Shown: in pieces, positions 60,551-64,000 of the stretch
How positions within the stretch are numbered: position 1 is the first letter of the stretch
Layout of the letters: each line of letters starts with the position of its first letter
From: Saccostrea echinata
Lineage: Eukaryota
Length of the DNA: 64,000 nucleotides
NCBI RefSeq assembly: GCF_033153115.1
Contig: NW_026889782.1
Coordinates: forward strand, 26,908,001 to 26,972,000
Direction: 5' to 3'
Notes under the pieces: model-generated
Database searches by the model: none
The model's input: the letters and a program-made list of their open reading frames with translations, nothing else
Told to the model about the DNA's origin: nothing
Translations under genes and position numbers: made by a program

Positions 60551-61019
60551 GGTGTTAAGAATTGCTCGACTAGTATAGTGAGGAAAAAAATGTATAAGAT
60601 TCCGAAAACACCATCTCATAGTGAAAACAGGGCGTATAGCAAAACCAGGGTCCCGAAAGACTGCATGCTGTTTTCTTTATTAGAAAACTAATATTCAACA
60701 TTAAGTTTCCTTATACATCCTTGTTAAAAATAAGGCGTATCGTGAAAACAGGGCGTATAGCAAAACCAGGGTCCCGAAAGACTGCATGATGTTTTCTTTA
60801 TTAGAAAACTAATATTCAACATTAAGTTTCCTTATACATCCTTGTTAAAAATAAGGCGTATCGTGAAAACAGGGCGTATAGCAAAACCAGGGTCATAAAA
60901 GACTGCCCGCTGTTTCGTTTATCGGAAAACCAATATTCCTCATATCCTTTTATAGAACCAGGCGTATAGCGAAAACAGGGCGTATAAACCAGGTACGAAA
61001 AAAACCCCTTTATACTACT
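60551..61019 (-). repeat. Right TIR of the Polinton, including 121-bp tandem repeats
   Basis: Inverse match to the left end; units start at 60621, 60742, 60863. Confidence 0.92.
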
Positions 61020-61065
61020 TGCGTATCCTAAACAAGAAATAAAATTATTGGATTTCCACGGGTAA

Positions 61066-61097
<32 letters not shown>

Positions 61098-62726
61098 AAA
61101 ACAAAACAAAACAAAACAAACAAACAAACAGATTTGACTCATATTTAACGGTTTAATTATTAAAAGGTATATTACATACACGGATATATTTTTATCAGAG
61201 ATAAGAAGAGAGAAAGAGAGAGATCACTGCACATATACATGTACAACGAGTTCTTTATAAGTACTTCCTTACTATGAAAAATGCCATCATGAGAAATGTA
61301 TTTAGGAATTTTAATTTTATTCCATAGTTAATCATACTGATATGCACAGTTAGACCTGCTGATGGTGAAGATTACATTCAGTTCCATATGTGTGTGTTTG
61401 GGGGGGGGGGGGGGGGGAGTAAAATGACAAGCAAAACCAAATCTCAGAATAAAAAGGCAATTTGACCGGTAAACATTCTTTGTTTCGATATAGATACTGG
61501 TAAATATAGATACTGGTTACAGGGGGGATTCAAACAAAACTACTACTAAAAAAGGTAAATGACAAAGGACCCCAATATTAATAGTTCTGTATCAAATTAA
61601 CAGCAAGATAATATGCTAAGGGAAAAAACGGAAATAGGAGATGCCACAAAAATTTCGCGAAGAATAATTAAAAAAAACAATTCTGAAATGATCAAATAAA
61701 TACATTAAAAAGGTATCTCTGATAAAAATTACTATTGTATCAATTTTCTTAAATTGTTCCGATTTACGCTGCCTTGAATTTGAATTTAAATTGCAACATG
61801 TTTAGGAATTAAATGCAGCTAATGAGGGTTTTTTTTCCCCAAGAGCATTATATTCAATGTTGAAGAAAATGACAATCGTATTGACAGTGATATTAGGATT
61901 AAAAATATTTATAAAACAGATTAAACAATAGATTAGGCGAAGACAAGTATGAACTTCTGATAAATATCAGATATGGCGACATCTTTCGAGAATAAACCAC
62001 TGATAGAAGAAAAAGTACTAGTAACAAGTGGTTGTGGATGTCATATTCAAATGATACAAAAATGTTCAAAATCATCAACCACATTAACATCTATCGTAAA
62101 ACAACAAAGACAATCAAGAAATCTTTACATTTTTAGAAAGATGAAAAATAAAAGCACAGGAAAAAAGGTGGTTCAGGCAAAACTTTGATGAAGAAAAAAT
62201 ATGTAAGGAAGCATTTCTTTTACTGACTATTGAATTCATGTATGAAATAAATTAGTCACGTTTCGCGTTGAAATCTTGGAAGTCGAGTCTCAACTCTGAT
62301 ACATATATCTCAATACCCCGGATATCGTGACATTTTCTGTTGATGTCGGGATCCTGAAGGAAAAGTATTAAACAAACACATCTTTCTGCTTTTAAAGAAA
62401 AAAATTCTATTTCAGTCGTGTGGTAGCAGGCAAAAATACGAGTAATGTTCCTTATTCTCGAGATTCAAAGAAATTGGAATTTTTCTTTTAATAATAAGTA
62501 GGAAAAAATAGTTTGCCCATTTTATCTTTTGCTTTCAAGACGCAAAACGACAATTAACTAATTGAATAGATTCTCTGTTCATATGAACGGAGAAATAAAA
62601 TTAACTGTTGTCTGAAACTTCTTGAGATGTTTATCACTGAAATCAAATTTTACCTGAAATAAAATAATATTTAGCAATCATGCATTCTTTTTGTGTGTAA
62701 AAATTATCCTTTTTTGTTTTGAATTC

Positions 62727-62877
62727 AGGTGTGACCGGTTGGCAGGGGATGCTCACTCCTCCATGGCACCTGTTCCCACCTCTGATGTTTTAGGAGGTCC
62801 GTGTTTCCTCTGCTCCCGATTTGTATTCTCTAAATGGACCCTGAGCTTGAATACTGTTCGTTATCTCTATATTTCAT
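62727..62877 (+). mobile_element. Short 3'-end copy of the retroelement at 18078-18236
   Basis: GGTGTGACCGGT.GGCAGGGGATGCTCACTCCTCCATGGCACCTG shared. Confidence 0.6.
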
Positions 62878-64000
62878 TAAAGGGAAGCAATATTCAATAG
62901 CAATTTTCATTTTCATGGTCTGTTGCTTATAAATAATCTGATTTAATACATTATAGGGCCTAATCACTTCTTTCTCATCCCCCTTTTAAATGCAGTACAT
63001 TTTGCAGAAATGCTCGAATTTAAAAACAAAATTACAAATTATTTCATGTCGGTCATTTTTGAGGTGAAGTATTTTAATATTGTGGGAGTTACAATGTTAA
63101 ATTAAAATCACGCATGTTACGTTTCCTTTCAAATTAAACAAGTTGTTCTTGTGAAATTTAAAACGTAAAAAATCTGCAATATTCTTCAAACCACACTAAA
63201 ATTTGAAAATGAAAATCAGGAACATAAATTGCCAAGGGGTTAGAGCTTCAAACAGACCTTTCCCTGTAACCTTATTGCTCAACTAGTTTTCAAACAGTTC
63301 TTTCTGCTTGAGCTAACCATAAAAAGTACAATTTAAAAATTACTTCTGTGGGGTAACTTTTTGACGCCTAGTATTACTTACAGAGGCCTAAAAAAACAAG
63401 CATTTTGAGAGTATTGCATAAACAATACATGTCCCCTACTGGTACCCCCTTTCTTTTAGGATGCCATTTTATAATACACTGTACAAGATAACTCCCCCAC
63501 CACGCCTAAATGTAGATATTTCAGATTACTTGTTTATAAATGAAATGTCTTGGAGTGAAGTCTGCCTTACAGACTCGGGTTTGACTAAAATCACATAATG
63601 TATGAATAACAGTACGACTGCTTACGCATGGAAAATGTTATTCGTTGCTCTTAGCACATACCAAAACAAAACCCAATTCAAATCGGGAAAAGTATTCAGC
63701 CTTTATCGCATCTGGTGTTTTTTCGCCAAGCATATTAAATATTCGCTGGTAGAAACTGCTGAAAATAATGCACAATATTACTTAACCGTCTTCTCCCACA
63801 ATCTTTATTAACCTGACATCCTCGCTTTTGGAACATTAATTTAATTTAGTGGAGCGCGAACCCGACCGTGAACCCAATTATAAAAGAAGAGGAATGTTTA
63901 AAACTGATTGACTCTAGCACCTGTTGGTCAAACGTGACAAAATTCAAACTTGATCTATAGTTTTTCACTATAAAGCTACCCAGCGACTTTAAAATCGATA

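Larger units (their letters stand above)
44343..61019 (+). mobile_element. Full-length Polinton/Maverick (adintovirus-like) element, 16,677 bp
   Basis: Ends AGTAGT...ACTACT, long TIRs, perfect 6-bp TSD TGCGTA (44337-44342, 61020-61025); pPolB, INT, ATPase, protease, MCP and mCP genes. Confidence 0.98.

Overview
AT-rich, repeat-dense eukaryotic DNA, probably from a bivalve mollusc (inferred from the Helentron/HINE satellite-bearing elements and tRNA-SINEs). No host gene could be supported. Bases 1-44,300 are nested transposon debris: a decayed Gypsy LTR element interrupted by a two-gene Kolobok transposon, many HINE-type elements with 120-170 bp internal arrays, a hAT MITE, two TTAA MITEs, SINEs and an RNase H-bearing LINE fragment. 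The main feature is a full-length 16,677-bp Polinton/Maverick (adintovirus-like endogenous virus) at 44343-61019, with AGTAGT...ACTACT ends and a perfect 6-bp TSD (TGCGTA). It encodes pPolB, packaging ATPase, integrase, minor and major capsid proteins (MCP has one nonsense codon) and an adenain protease. Its accessory content is unusual: (i) a three-exon, in-frame spliceable type I membrane glycoprotein that the ORF track shows only as fragments; (ii) three PC4-fold genes, one a membrane-anchored PC4 with a stalk carrying N-glycosylation sequons, placed inside the capsid gene block; (iii) an array of tandemly duplicated phase-0 micro-exons upstream of pPolB. All family assignments come from motif recognition; no searches were run.
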